NCBI GenBank assembly: GCA_965223155.1
Contig: CBDCVR010000013.1
Coordinates: 672,001-736,000, forward strand
Origin: Candidatus Multivoradales bacterium
GTDB taxonomy: Bacteria > Acidobacteriota > Thermoanaerobaculia > Multivoradales > JAHEKO01
Direction: 5' to 3'
DNA: 64,000 bases
Shown: piece after piece, positions 22,134 to 31,572 of the stretch
Layout of the letters: each line of letters begins with the position of its first letter
Position numbering within the stretch: position 1 is the first letter of the stretch
Made by a program: the position numbers and the translations under genes
The notes under the pieces: model-generated
Told to the model about the DNA's origin: nothing
The model's input: the letters and a program-made list of their open reading frames with translations, nothing else
The model's database searches: none

Positions 22134-23882
22134 TCACCACGTTACCGGCGCATCCGCCGCCGACACCGTCTGTGGCGTGAAGTCGGACGCCTGGCCCTCC
22201 AGGCTGTACTCGTAGGCCCAGCGCGCCACGTTCGGCGCCTCGGTGCCCCAGTTGCCATGAGGCGGCGGCGAAGGCAGCGTCCATTCGAGCGTCGTCGCCT
22301 GCCAGGGATTCTCTTCCGCCCGCCTGCCGGCGAAGGCGCTCCAGGCGAAATTCACCAGGAAGATCAACTGCGCCGCCCCCAGCAAGAAGGCCGCGATCGT
22401 GATGAACATCGTGTAGCCGCCGATCCCCTCCAGGAAGTCGTACGAGATGAAGGCGTAGTAGCGCCGGGGCGTGCCGGCCAGGCCGACGAAGTGCTGAGTC
22501 AGAAACACGCAGTAGTACCCGACCAGGGTCATCCAGAAGTGGATCCTGCCCAGCCGGTCGTTCATCATGCGGCCGAACATCTTGGGAAACCAGAAGTAGA
22601 CCGCGGCGAAGGCGCCCAAGAGCGTCACGCCGCCGATCATGAAGTGGAAGTGGCCGACTACGAAGTACGAGTCGTGTAGCTGGATGTCGGCGGTCGCGTT
22701 GCCCAGAAACAGGCCGCCGAAGCCGCCTAGGCCGAAAAAGGCGATGAGGCCCAGGCAAAAGAGCATCGGGGTCGTGTAGCGGATCCTGCCCCCGTAGAGG
22801 CTGCCCAGCATGTTGACGCCGATGATCGCCGACGGAAACGTAATCACCAGGGTCGCGATCGAAAAATACTCGCCCACGAACGGGCTCATGCCGCTGACGA
22901 ACATGTGATGGCCCCAGACGATCATCGACATCCCGCCGATCGCGAGGTAGCTGATCCAGGTCAGCCGGTAGCCGAAGACCGGGCGGCGGGTCGAGCTCGC
23001 GACGATGTCGAAGACGATGCCCAGAGCCGGCAGGATCAGGACGTAGACCTCGGGATGACCCAGAAACCAGAAAAGATGCTGCCAGAGAAGCGGCGTGCCG
23101 CCAACGTTCGGCAGCAACTCGCCGCTGATGACGAGCCCGGACGGCAGAAAGAAGCTCGTACCGGCGTGCCGGTCAAAGAGCAACATCACCGCAGCGGCCG
23201 TCAGGGCCGGGAACGACAAGACGCCGACGATCGCCGAGACGAAGTACGCCCAGACCGTCAGCGGCATCCGGGTCATCGACATTCCCGGTGCCCGCAGCGA
23301 CAGCACGGTCGCGATTACGTTGAGCCCGGACATCGTGAACGACACGATGAAAAGAGCCATCGCCAGGATCCACAGGGTCTGCCCCATTCCCGAGCCGGGG
23401 ACAGCCTCCGGCACCGCGCTCAGTGGCGGGTAGGCCGTCCAGCCCGAGGCGGCGGCTCCTCCTTGGGCGAAAAACGACCCCACCATGACCAGCGCCGCGA
23501 CCAGGCCGATCCAGTAGGACAGCATGTTGATAAAGGGAAACGCCATGTCCCGCGCGCCGACGTGGAGCGGCACCAGGTAGTTGCCGAAGCCGCTCACCAG
23601 CACGTAGGAGATGAAGAAGAACACCATGATCGTGCCGTGCATGGTGACCAGCGACAGATAGAACTCGGGGGTCATGATCCCGGACAGCATGCCCTCGGGA
23701 AAAAGCTTCTCCAGAAGCGGCCAGGGCCGGCCCGGCCAGCTCAACTGCAAGCGCATGAGCATCGCCAGAAGCCCGCCCACGATCGCCATCAAGAACCCGG
23801 TGACGATGTACTGAATCCCGATCACCTTGTGATCGGTGCTGAACACGTACCGCCGCACAAATCCCAACTCGTGCTCGCTCAT
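22134..23882 (-). CDS. ctaD: Cytochrome c oxidase subunit I (A1 type)
   Basis: STDHKVIG, TMHGTIM, WFLGHPEVY, VWGHHM, HDSYFVVGHFH. Confidence 0.96.
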   Translation of the reverse strand: MSEHELGFVRRYVFSTDHKVIGIQYIVTGFLMAIVGGLLAMLMRLQLSWPGRPWPLLEKLFPEGMLSGIMTPEFYLSLVTMHGTIMVFFFISYVLVSGFGNYLVPLHVGARDMAFPFINMLSYWIGLVAALVMVGSFFAQGGAAASGWTAYPPLSAVPEAVPGSGMGQTLWILAMALFIVSFTMSGLNVIATVLSLRAPGMSMTRMPLTVWAYFVSAIVGVLSFPALTAAAVMLLFDRHAGTSFFLPSGLVISGELLPNVGGTPLLWQHLFWFLGHPEVYVLILPALGIVFDIVASSTRRPVFGYRLTWISYLAIGGMSMIVWGHHMFVSGMSPFVGEYFSIATLVITFPSAIIGVNMLGSLYGGRIRYTTPMLFCLGLIAFFGLGGFGGLFLGNATADIQLHDSYFVVGHFHFMIGGVTLLGAFAAVYFWFPKMFGRMMNDRLGRIHFWMTLVGYYCVFLTQHFVGLAGTPRRYYAFISYDFLEGIGGYTMFITIAAFLLGAAQLIFLVNFAWSAFAGRRAEENPWQATTLEWTLPSPPPHGNWGTEAPNVARWAYEYSLEGQASDFTPQTVSAADAPVTW

Positions 23883-23918
23883 AACCTCTCCTGACGGTTT
23901 GCTCCGCGGCCAGCCGGG

Positions 23919-24737
23919 CTAACCACTCGCGCTCCTCTGCTCGGCTTCCCAAGCGGCGAACTCCGCGGCCGGCAAGACGTGCAGAAACGCCCGCATCCGG
24001 TAATGCCCGAGTCCGCACAGCTCGGTGCATGCCAGCTCGTACTTGCCGGCCCGGGTCGGCACGAACCAGACGTCGACCGCCATCCCCGGCACGGCATCCT
24101 GCTTGACCCGGAAGTGGGGCAAGAACAAGCTGTGAATCACATCCTTCGAGCGCAGGGTGATGTGGACCGCCCGGCCCTCCTCCACGTACATGTTGTTGAC
24201 GAACTGCCAGTCGTCGCGCCCGGAGGGATCATTGGGATCCAACCCGAGCGGGTTGGTCACGTCCATCAACTGCGGAAACGTCTTCCCGAACTCGCCATCC
24301 GAACCCGGATAGCGCATGTTCCAGGCGAACTGCTCGCCGGTCAGCTCGAGGCGCACCGCGTCCGCCGGCGGCTTGGCGGCGTAGAACTCCCGCCACGCCG
24401 ACATTCCCATCGCCAGGACGCCGCCCTCGGCAATCACCACGATCAGTAGGCCCAGCCCGATGGCCAAGCGCCGCTCGAGCTTCGCCGTCGCCTGCCGCGA
24501 GGTCACCCGATCGCTGCCGCCGAAACGCCAGATCAAGTAGCCCAGTACGGCGTGCCCGATGACCAGCATCGATCCCGTGGCGACCAGCAGATACTTGAGG
24601 GTGCGGTCGATACCGGCTCCGTGCCGCGAGAAAAGCGGCGGCAGCCACTCGCGCAAACCCAGCCACAGGGCTCCGACGGCGATCGCCCAAAACGCGACGG
24701 CAACCCAGCGCGAAGTTCCTGAATGTTCTTGAGGCAA
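23919..24737 (-). CDS. ctaC: Cytochrome c oxidase subunit II (CuA, no fused cytochrome c)
   Basis: DVIHS, KQDAVPG, CTELCGLGHYRM; TTG start at 24737 after GGAGG. Confidence 0.93.
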   Translation of the reverse strand: MPQEHSGTSRWVAVAFWAIAVGALWLGLREWLPPLFSRHGAGIDRTLKYLLVATGSMLVIGHAVLGYLIWRFGGSDRVTSRQATAKLERRLAIGLGLLIVVIAEGGVLAMGMSAWREFYAAKPPADAVRLELTGEQFAWNMRYPGSDGEFGKTFPQLMDVTNPLGLDPNDPSGRDDWQFVNNMYVEEGRAVHITLRSKDVIHSLFLPHFRVKQDAVPGMAVDVWFVPTRAGKYELACTELCGLGHYRMRAFLHVLPAAEFAAWEAEQRSASG

Positions 24738-25290
24738 AGTCGTCCTCCGTCCCTGGCGGGCGTCTTCGATCCGAAGCGGCTTCGCAACCCGAATCCTGCG
24801 CCCAACTTGTTCTACTCCCACGCGGATCGTAGGCCACCCTCGGACGCGGGGCACCACCCGTTGGGGTGGGGGCCCGCCAGAGCAGAGAGCTTCCCTACCG
24901 GGGGCGGCCAGCGAGCGAAACGCCGGATCGAGGTGCGGCTGAGCCTCGCCTCGCGAGCACGCAAACCGGACGCGGCAGAGGAAAGCTAAGCTCGGGAAAC
25001 TCCAAAAGGCTCCGAGTCGAGCCCCGTACCGAGGGCCACCGGAACGTCTCCAGCCCGTTCCCTCCGACCCAACGAGCTCGCTCGGTGCTGGCAGCCGCCG
25101 AGCCGAGCTGACCCACGATTGACATCAAGCCCTCGGCTGACCGGATGAAGTGCTTCCTCCCCGACGTGCGAATCGGCAACTCGACCTACCGGGCGGTTCC
25201 CGGACAGTCGGCAGGACCGAACGCCGCAGCCCTCCGGCCTACCCAACCACGGGTCCCCGGCCTGCAGAATGCCCTCGGGACTCAGGCGAC

Positions 25291-25764
25291 CTACTCGACC
25301 GCGAGCGTGTCCTCGCTCATGCCGCCGCAACCGTTGTTCCTCCATGCCCGCGAGCAGCCGCCCGTGTAGCAGATGTCGCCCGAGAACTTCTCCGGCCCGA
25401 CGAGCTCGAACCACTCCGACACCACCGACTGGATCCGCTCGACGTCGGCCGCCTCCTCGGTGATCAGATACTTGGTCAGACCCCACCAGCTCTTGGCCAG
25501 ATTGCAGGGACAGCAGCAGGTATAGGCCGAGCGGTCCGAACAGCAAGGCGCCGGCATCGCCGTCAACGCCTCCTTCATCAAGGCGTCCTCGGCCTCGGTC
25601 AGAACGATCTCTCGATTCCACTCCAGAAACCGCTGGGCGTCCTCCGTCGGCGTCGTGAACTCGAACGCCGCCGCCGGCTGACTACAACCGGCCACCGAAC
25701 CCGCCAGGACCGCGAGCCCCAGACCGATGCCAAGAACCATCAAACGCACACGTCGAACAACCAT
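25291..25764 (-). CDS. Cys-rich putative lipoprotein
   Basis: Lipobox VAGC; CC..CCCPC..CYTGGC..GCGGM; AGGAGG RBS. Confidence 0.75.
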   Translation of the reverse strand: MVVRRVRLMVLGIGLGLAVLAGSVAGCSQPAAAFEFTTPTEDAQRFLEWNREIVLTEAEDALMKEALTAMPAPCCSDRSAYTCCCPCNLAKSWWGLTKYLITEEAADVERIQSVVSEWFELVGPEKFSGDICYTGGCSRAWRNNGCGGMSEDTLAVE

Positions 25765-26054
25765 CGGACTACCTCCTACGCGCCTAGTCTACAGCCGCCG
25801 CTCCCCCTCCGGCACCACCGTTCCGGGCGGGCCGGCGGCCCGCGCCGAGGCCGGGCTTGCGGACTGGCTCGGCACCGGCAACTCGCGCCGAGACCGGGCT
25901 TGCCGGCCGGCGGCCCAGCACCGGCACCATCGGTTCCGTCAAACCTGCGGTCCTTGCCAAGGCTGAGCTTGCTAGGCCAGGAGTCACCGGTGCCAAGCGA
26001 ATCGAATCCCAATCGAGACCCCCGGCCCTCCCCGCCAGCCCCACCACCGAACCC

Positions 26055-26083
26055 TTGCCGTTTCCCCCGCGACTGCCTACAAT
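26055..26083 (+). promoter_or_regulatory. Sigma70-like promoter of tRNA-Thr
   Basis: TTGCCG-17 bp-TACAAT, 36 bp upstream of the tRNA. Confidence 0.7.
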
Positions 26084-26119
26084 CTCCCTCCCACTCGCCG
26101 GCCCCCAACCGGCACCCGA

Positions 26120-26195
26120 GCCGACGTAGCTCAGCTGGTAGAGCAGCTGATTCGTAATCAGCAGGTCAGCGGTTCGAGTCCGCTCGTCGGCTCCA
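26120..26195 (+). tRNA. tRNA-Thr (anticodon CGT)
   Basis: GCCGACG acceptor stem pairing with CGTCGGC, TAGCTCAGCTGGTAGAGC D-arm, CTGATT-CGT-AATCAG anticodon arm, GGTTCGAGTCC T-arm, encoded CCA; 76 nt. Confidence 0.97.
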
Positions 26196-26354
26196 GATAA
26201 CACCCCAAAGAATCAGCTACTTACGAGCAGTCGCCGACCCAAGAGACGCCAGTCCCGGCGCACGCTCACCCCGTACTTTCAACACGTCCAGTAGCGACCA
26301 TCAGACGAGCAGATGAAACTCTCACACCCAACGCAATACCTTTCGGAGGCCAGT

Positions 26355-27356
26355 TCAACCTGATTCAAGATCCTCCGGCACGAGGCGGCGCACGCCTGCA
26401 AACCCCTTCGCCTTCTTGAAGTCCATCCGGTGAACGAAGTTCTCCAGAGAATCGGACGGGTCGATCAGCTCCAGATTGAGGCCACGGATCGTTTCCCGGG
26501 ACACAGCTACCGAGAGAATCGGTGTCTCTTCGAGATGCCCAACCTTGGTGTTGAGCAGCTTGTCCACGGCCGTAACGAACGCCAGTTCAATCGGCAGGAT
26601 CGCGAATAGCTCGTTGGCAACGCGCAAGACGCAGCTGCACACGTAATCTTGGTACAACTCGAAGAACTTGCCCTTCGGCATCTGCTTCACGGACAAGCGG
26701 CCACTCTTGAGGAGGCTCTTGGTCTCCTTGGGAACAGCATCCTCGCCGTGAACGTGAAGCGTCGCTTCGATCGCTCCCGAGCCCCCAACCTCGAACGCTA
26801 GACGCGCGCCGAGTTCGCTTATGTCGGAGAAGGGGCCTAGCTTCTCAATGGCTTCCAGCATTGCCTCTGGTTCAGTCGCCAGAATCCGTACGGCCAGATC
26901 ACGGCCTTCCTTCCAGTCTCGATGCTCTTCACGCCAGCTTCGCAGCGCAGCTCGATATCTCGCTTCGTCGATCTGAATCGCCTTCTCAACCTCCTCGCCT
27001 AGCCAGGAGCGCTTCTTCTGCTCTCGCTTCATCGTTCGATCTAACAGCCCCGGCTGGTAGTCCTCCAGTTCTTTGCGTGCTGCTTGCTCGGCAACGGACT
27101 GCCGCACTGGCTCAGTCGGCTCCACTGCTGCGGCCATGGCATTCCAGTCCAGGGTCGGACTGCGCTCCTTGTGGACCGATAAGAGAAGCTGGATCCGGTT
27201 CTCGTGCACGTCAACTTCGTACGCGGCTCGCTCGAGCTCTTGCATCCGTTCGTACTCTTTCGTCTGTCGTTCGAGCTCGCGCTGCCGGCGCTGAGCATCT
27301 CGCTCTGCTTGGCGGTAGGCGGCCTGAACTGAGCGCAGTGTTCCCTTCCAGCCCAT
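26355..27356 (-). CDS. Hypothetical protein with N-terminal coiled coil
   Basis: 333 aa, GGAGG RBS; KSGRLSVKQMPK..ELYQDYVCSCVLRVANELF resembles non-catalytic regions seen in DUF4236/Mrr-linked proteins (tentative). Confidence 0.75.
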   Translation of the reverse strand: MGWKGTLRSVQAAYRQAERDAQRRQRELERQTKEYERMQELERAAYEVDVHENRIQLLLSVHKERSPTLDWNAMAAAVEPTEPVRQSVAEQAARKELEDYQPGLLDRTMKREQKKRSWLGEEVEKAIQIDEARYRAALRSWREEHRDWKEGRDLAVRILATEPEAMLEAIEKLGPFSDISELGARLAFEVGGSGAIEATLHVHGEDAVPKETKSLLKSGRLSVKQMPKGKFFELYQDYVCSCVLRVANELFAILPIELAFVTAVDKLLNTKVGHLEETPILSVAVSRETIRGLNLELIDPSDSLENFVHRMDFKKAKGFAGVRRLVPEDLESG

Positions 27357-27666
27357 GCGACATTGACCTCCAGTGGGGCGGTCAACGTGCCGACGCCCCT
27401 GACTCCGGGCGAACGGACGCCGATCAGCACACCTTCAATGGGTCAGCTATTGCGTCAGCCTATCAACCTGGGTTGCTGGCGGTCCACTTCGCTCCTCCGA
27501 TGGTGAGTAATGCCGCTGAGTGCCTAGCCGGGTACCCGGCCAGACCAAATCCCACCCATTTGGAAGACGTCAACTACTGACGGGTTCTCCCGAAGAGGGC
27601 TGCACCTCTCGTACCTCTGGCCCCGAGAGTTGAGGTTCGGGGATACCATCTTGGCGGTGGTACAAG

Positions 27667-30600
27667 ATGCCAAGAACTGAGCTAGCTGTTCATCCCTTGC
27701 TACAAGGCTGCATTTCCGAGAATTCGTCGGGCAGCCGGAGTTTGCCCGCTCGTTGGGTCTCCGAAACGGCCCGACTTGGCCGGGCTACCCATTGGGTGCT
27801 CGGGGTCGCAATCGTACTCGCGCTGTTCGGACACCTTCTCGGCGCAGTTCCGGCCCAATCGCTCGCATCCGATTTCAAGGCTCTGCGCGAGCAAGTCAAG
27901 AAGACGCACCTCGATACGTCGAACGCCGTTTCGGCCTCTGGTCTCAAGCTTAGGGCGGGGCCCGCACAAATTTCGTTGCGCTCCGGAATTCTGGTGCCTG
28001 CGACGCCCGTCGGAGGAGAGGTTCGCGAGTTGGTCTTCCTCGGTGAGGGCCTAGTCGAGCTTGCAGCCGCCAACAGCATCGAGGCCCAGCAGCTCGAACT
28101 CTTTACAGGGGCAGAGGCAGTCGAAGAGGAGATCTCCTCTGCCGTCCTTGTCGTCGCCAAGAACCCTGCCTTGAGAGAGCTGCTCCGGAGGGAGCCGCCG
28201 AGTGCCGTTGCTCCGAGTGAACTTGCTGAAGCCCAGGCCCTGTTTTCTGCCTGGCAGACCAGCGGTGAGCGGCGGTTGCTACAGGTGGAATCGGTGGTCC
28301 TAGCCGACGCTCTGCATGATCGTTTTGCTGCCAGCTACTTTGCTGGATGGTTCGAAAGCGAGGATCTCGGCAAGTTCCTCTACGTTTTTGACCCTGGGGC
28401 CTATGAGCAAGTCTTGATGGGCCAGTTTGTCGCCCTCGAGCGATCCGACAAGGAAAAGAGGAAGCTGACTCGTCGAATCGCAAAAGAGCAACGCCAGGGG
28501 CGCTTCCTCGGACTCGAACTCGGCGATCTTGGCCAATGGGATACCTGGACCTCGGCGGCCCTTGCAAGGAACGGAGAAGTCCACCACGGCGGCAGCCCCG
28601 TCGATGTACTGCACTATTCGATCCACTTGTCGGTGGAGCCCCGCACACTGGTACTTCAGGCGGTCGCTCGCATCGAGCTTCGATCGCTGGCCAGCGGCGC
28701 CAGACTCTTGCCGTTTGCTCTACAACGCGACCTGCGCGTCGAAAGCGTGCGCGCAGGCTCCGCGGACGATGTGCCATTCCTCCAGCAAGGAGATCAACTT
28801 TCCGTCTACTTGCCCGAAGGAACGAAAGCCGGCGAACAGCATTCTCTCGAGATCTCGTATCGAGGCGTGCTGGTCGAGGAAGTCGAACGGGCTCGGGTCC
28901 TGACCACCACAATGGGCTGGTATCCAAGAGGCGACGAGACCGACCAGGCTACGTTCGATGTGACGCTGCGCTGGCCTGATCGGCTCGACCTTCTGGGTTG
29001 CGGCCAAGTCGTGGACAAGGGGCGGAGCGGAGGACAGCGCTGGGAACGCCGCAAGACGACTCGGCCCGTCCTCGGTTTTACATTCGAAATCGGCCGTTTT
29101 GAAACGCTAGAAACCAACGCCGGCCACATCAAGGTGACGGTCGGCTTTGACCCGACCTCCGCCTCTGTCATCAAACCCGACACTCGCCAAGAACTCCTGA
29201 ACACACTGCGGGACGCCCTCCTCTACTACCAGGAGGTCATCGGGCCGTATCCGTTCGACAGCCTCGTCGCAGTCTCATCTCCGCGCTGGTTTTCTCAGTC
29301 GTTGCCAGGTTTCATAACACTCTCCACCGCTATGGTTGCCGACGACGTCTGGCTGCGCTTGATGAGAGGTTCTGACGCTCGAGCCACCGTGGCTCATGAG
29401 GTGGCGCATCAGTGGTGGGGACACCTGATCGGTTGGGAGGGGTACCGCGATCAATGGTTGAGCGAAGCGCTAGCGGAGTGGTCGGCACTTGCTTTCGCCC
29501 GAAACCGCCTCAAGTCAAGAGCCGCGGGGCCCCTTCGAGGCTGGAAATCATCGCTACTCGCTCTGTCCGAGGACGGACGTCCCGTGGAGTCGCTAGGGCC
29601 GGTCGTGCTCGGGGCGCGACTCGATTCCAGCCGGTCGCCGGGGGCCTATTCAGCGATTGTCTACAGCAAGGGTGCCGTCGTAATCGACATGCTGGCCAAG
29701 CAGTTCGGAGAGGAGACGTTCCTGAGGATACTCACGTCCTTGATCAAGGGACTCGGCGGCAGGAAACTCTCGACCAAGGACTTCTTCGACGCCATCGAGC
29801 GAATAAGCGACCACGACCTGACTAGCTTCACACGACAATACGTCTACGGCACCGGCATTCCACAGGTCTACTACGACTATTCAATACTGAAGACGCAGCA
29901 AGGCTGGCGTATCGAGGGTGAAGCGACCCAAGTGCCGAGCTACCGGTTGGACTACAAGATCGTCGAGCTGGGCCGAGGCTACTCCCTCGCCCGCGAGCGC
30001 ATTGATCTGATCGATACCGAGGATTCGAGAATGGTCGTTCCGGTTCAGGTAAGCGTCCTGGATCCCTCACAATCACTACGTGATGGGCAACCCGAGCGTG
30101 GCAATGTGGTCATGGTTACGACACTGCACCTCAAGGGCCCCACGACTCCAATTGAGCTAGACCTTGCGCTCGAACCCAAGCATGTCTGGCTGGATGGTCT
30201 TTCCGAGGTTCTTGGAAGGTTCGTTAACAATAAGCGCGACCCGAAGAAGGTTCTTTACTACCAAGGGCTGCAGTTCGCCGCTTCGGGTCAAACCGCGGAA
30301 GCCGAGGCAAAGTTCCGACAAGCGCTCAGGGTAGAGTCCATGCCGGGACCAACCCTCCAAGGTGAACCAATCAGCGAGAAGGCGGCAAGGCTCGATGGCC
30401 TCGGCACCGACTCGGACATCAACTACTCACTGTGCCGCCTCTACCTGGACGCCGGTCGAATCGATGCAGCGGAGCGGGCGCTCGAACTCGGCAACGACCT
30501 CGACCGCAGGTACGACAAGCTGAGCTTGGGCATCCCCGGTCGACCGGCTTTCGCTGATGTCCTCGAGGCTAGGATAGCCCTCCGCCGCGGCGCGGCCGAG

Positions 30601-30771
30601 CAGGCGTTCCAGCTCCTCAACCGCGTCGTCAGGAAGCGACGGAGGATCAGCAACCGCGAGTCTCTAATGGCGTTGGCAATCGCCGCGAAGGCAACCAAGC
30701 GTAGCGAGGTTCTGGCGGAGGCCTTAGACCTCGCCGAGAAGATGGGCGGGGACGTTTCGGTGTTGCGATAG
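27667..30771 (+). CDS. Secreted M1-family (gluzincin) aminopeptidase with C-terminal TPR-like helices
   Basis: AHEVAHQWWG + WLSEALAE + IVYSKGAVVIDML; N-terminal hydrophobic segment; start uncertain. Confidence 0.85.
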   Translation: MPRTELAVHPLLQGCISENSSGSRSLPARWVSETARLGRATHWVLGVAIVLALFGHLLGAVPAQSLASDFKALREQVKKTHLDTSNAVSASGLKLRAGPAQISLRSGILVPATPVGGEVRELVFLGEGLVELAAANSIEAQQLELFTGAEAVEEEISSAVLVVAKNPALRELLRREPPSAVAPSELAEAQALFSAWQTSGERRLLQVESVVLADALHDRFAASYFAGWFESEDLGKFLYVFDPGAYEQVLMGQFVALERSDKEKRKLTRRIAKEQRQGRFLGLELGDLGQWDTWTSAALARNGEVHHGGSPVDVLHYSIHLSVEPRTLVLQAVARIELRSLASGARLLPFALQRDLRVESVRAGSADDVPFLQQGDQLSVYLPEGTKAGEQHSLEISYRGVLVEEVERARVLTTTMGWYPRGDETDQATFDVTLRWPDRLDLLGCGQVVDKGRSGGQRWERRKTTRPVLGFTFEIGRFETLETNAGHIKVTVGFDPTSASVIKPDTRQELLNTLRDALLYYQEVIGPYPFDSLVAVSSPRWFSQSLPGFITLSTAMVADDVWLRLMRGSDARATVAHEVAHQWWGHLIGWEGYRDQWLSEALAEWSALAFARNRLKSRAAGPLRGWKSSLLALSEDGRPVESLGPVVLGARLDSSRSPGAYSAIVYSKGAVVIDMLAKQFGEETFLRILTSLIKGLGGRKLSTKDFFDAIERISDHDLTSFTRQYVYGTGIPQVYYDYSILKTQQGWRIEGEATQVPSYRLDYKIVELGRGYSLARERIDLIDTEDSRMVVPVQVSVLDPSQSLRDGQPERGNVVMVTTLHLKGPTTPIELDLALEPKHVWLDGLSEVLGRFVNNKRDPKKVLYYQGLQFAASGQTAEAEAKFRQALRVESMPGPTLQGEPISEKAARLDGLGTDSDINYSLCRLYLDAGRIDAAERALELGNDLDRRYDKLSLGIPGRPAFADVLEARIALRRGAAEQAFQLLNRVVRKRRRISNRESLMALAIAAKATKRSEVLAEALDLAEKMGGDVSVLR

Positions 30772-30840
30772 GCGACGCGCCCTCGCCCTGCTACCGAGCG
30801 GGCTCCGAGATCGCCCGGAAGGGCCCCAGGCCAAGGTTCT

Positions 30841-31017
30841 ACCCACTTCGGAAACGCCAATTGCTGATTAGCATTCAGGTAGAGGGTGGGACCTCTAGAG
30901 AGAGCTCGAGAGACTAGTGCGCCGCAGTAGATGGCTCGACAACACCACCCGCGGACTTCCCGGGACGTTTCCGCGGAAACGTTTCTGACGGTGGGCCAGC
31001 CGAGATCGCGGCCAGTC
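30841..31017. repeat. 177-bp direct repeat, copy 1
   Basis: Matches 31573-31749 with 2 mismatches by manual alignment. Confidence 0.95.
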
Positions 31018-31043
31018 CAGCTCGCGGTCATCTTGGCTCGTTA

Positions 31044-31390
31044 CTACCTATACACGGTCTCCGCGTGCCACCCCAAGAGCTCGCGGCAGGGCCTCTCGTC
31101 CAGACGAGGCGGAATCCATTGCTCGCGACCATCGAACGGGCAGGACGGCTCACCGTTGTCGAAGTCGGCTTGCAAGTGATGGCTCACGGGAATCCGGTCG
31201 TCTGGCGACAGAGCCACGTAGCCGGCATCGAACAAGCGTGAACATCAGATCGTGGCAGTAGGCCGTTCTCGACCAGATGTCGCCCGCCATCCTTGACCGA
31301 GCGAATGTGCGCAGCTTCTAGAGCGGGCAGGGCTCTTTCGCCTGGCACCGCGCAATAGCGCAATGTCGCTCGTAGGTATCGATAATGACA
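31044..31390 (-). pseudogene. HNH endonuclease (HNH_2/COG3440-like) pseudogene, 5'-truncated, two frameshifts
   Basis: Pieces in three frames: VIIDTYERHCA / CAVPGERALPALEAAHI..NGLLPRSDVH / LFDAGYV..FDNG..LGWHAETVYR. Confidence 0.85.
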
Positions 31391-31423
31391 GTCGATCGGA
31401 CCGAACATAGCAGCTGGTGACTC

Positions 31424-31524
31424 GGTGACAGGCTACTCATTTCCCGGAAGCCTCGACAGATTCGTTTGAAGGAGGATCTGGGGGCACAGGACGGTGTGCT
31501 CCACGAATTGAGTAGCCTGTCACC
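31424..31524. repeat. 101-bp element with 16-bp perfect terminal inverted repeats (MITE/REPIN-like)
   Basis: GGTGACAGGCTACTCA (31424-31439) ... TGAGTAGCCTGTCACC (31509-31524); 19/20 match when extended inward. Confidence 0.85.
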
Positions 31525-31572
31525 ACTTTGGTCGCACGTGGCGCCCCCCAGGCCCCCCCAGGCCTACGTACC

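Noticed and set aside
24738-25290. 550-bp gap upstream of ctaC as a riboswitch, FNR site (TTGACATCAA at 25119-25128) or small ORF 25145-25369
   Set aside because: No recognisable riboswitch consensus; spacing does not fit TTGAT-N4-ATCAA; the ORF overlaps the lipoprotein gene and has no support.
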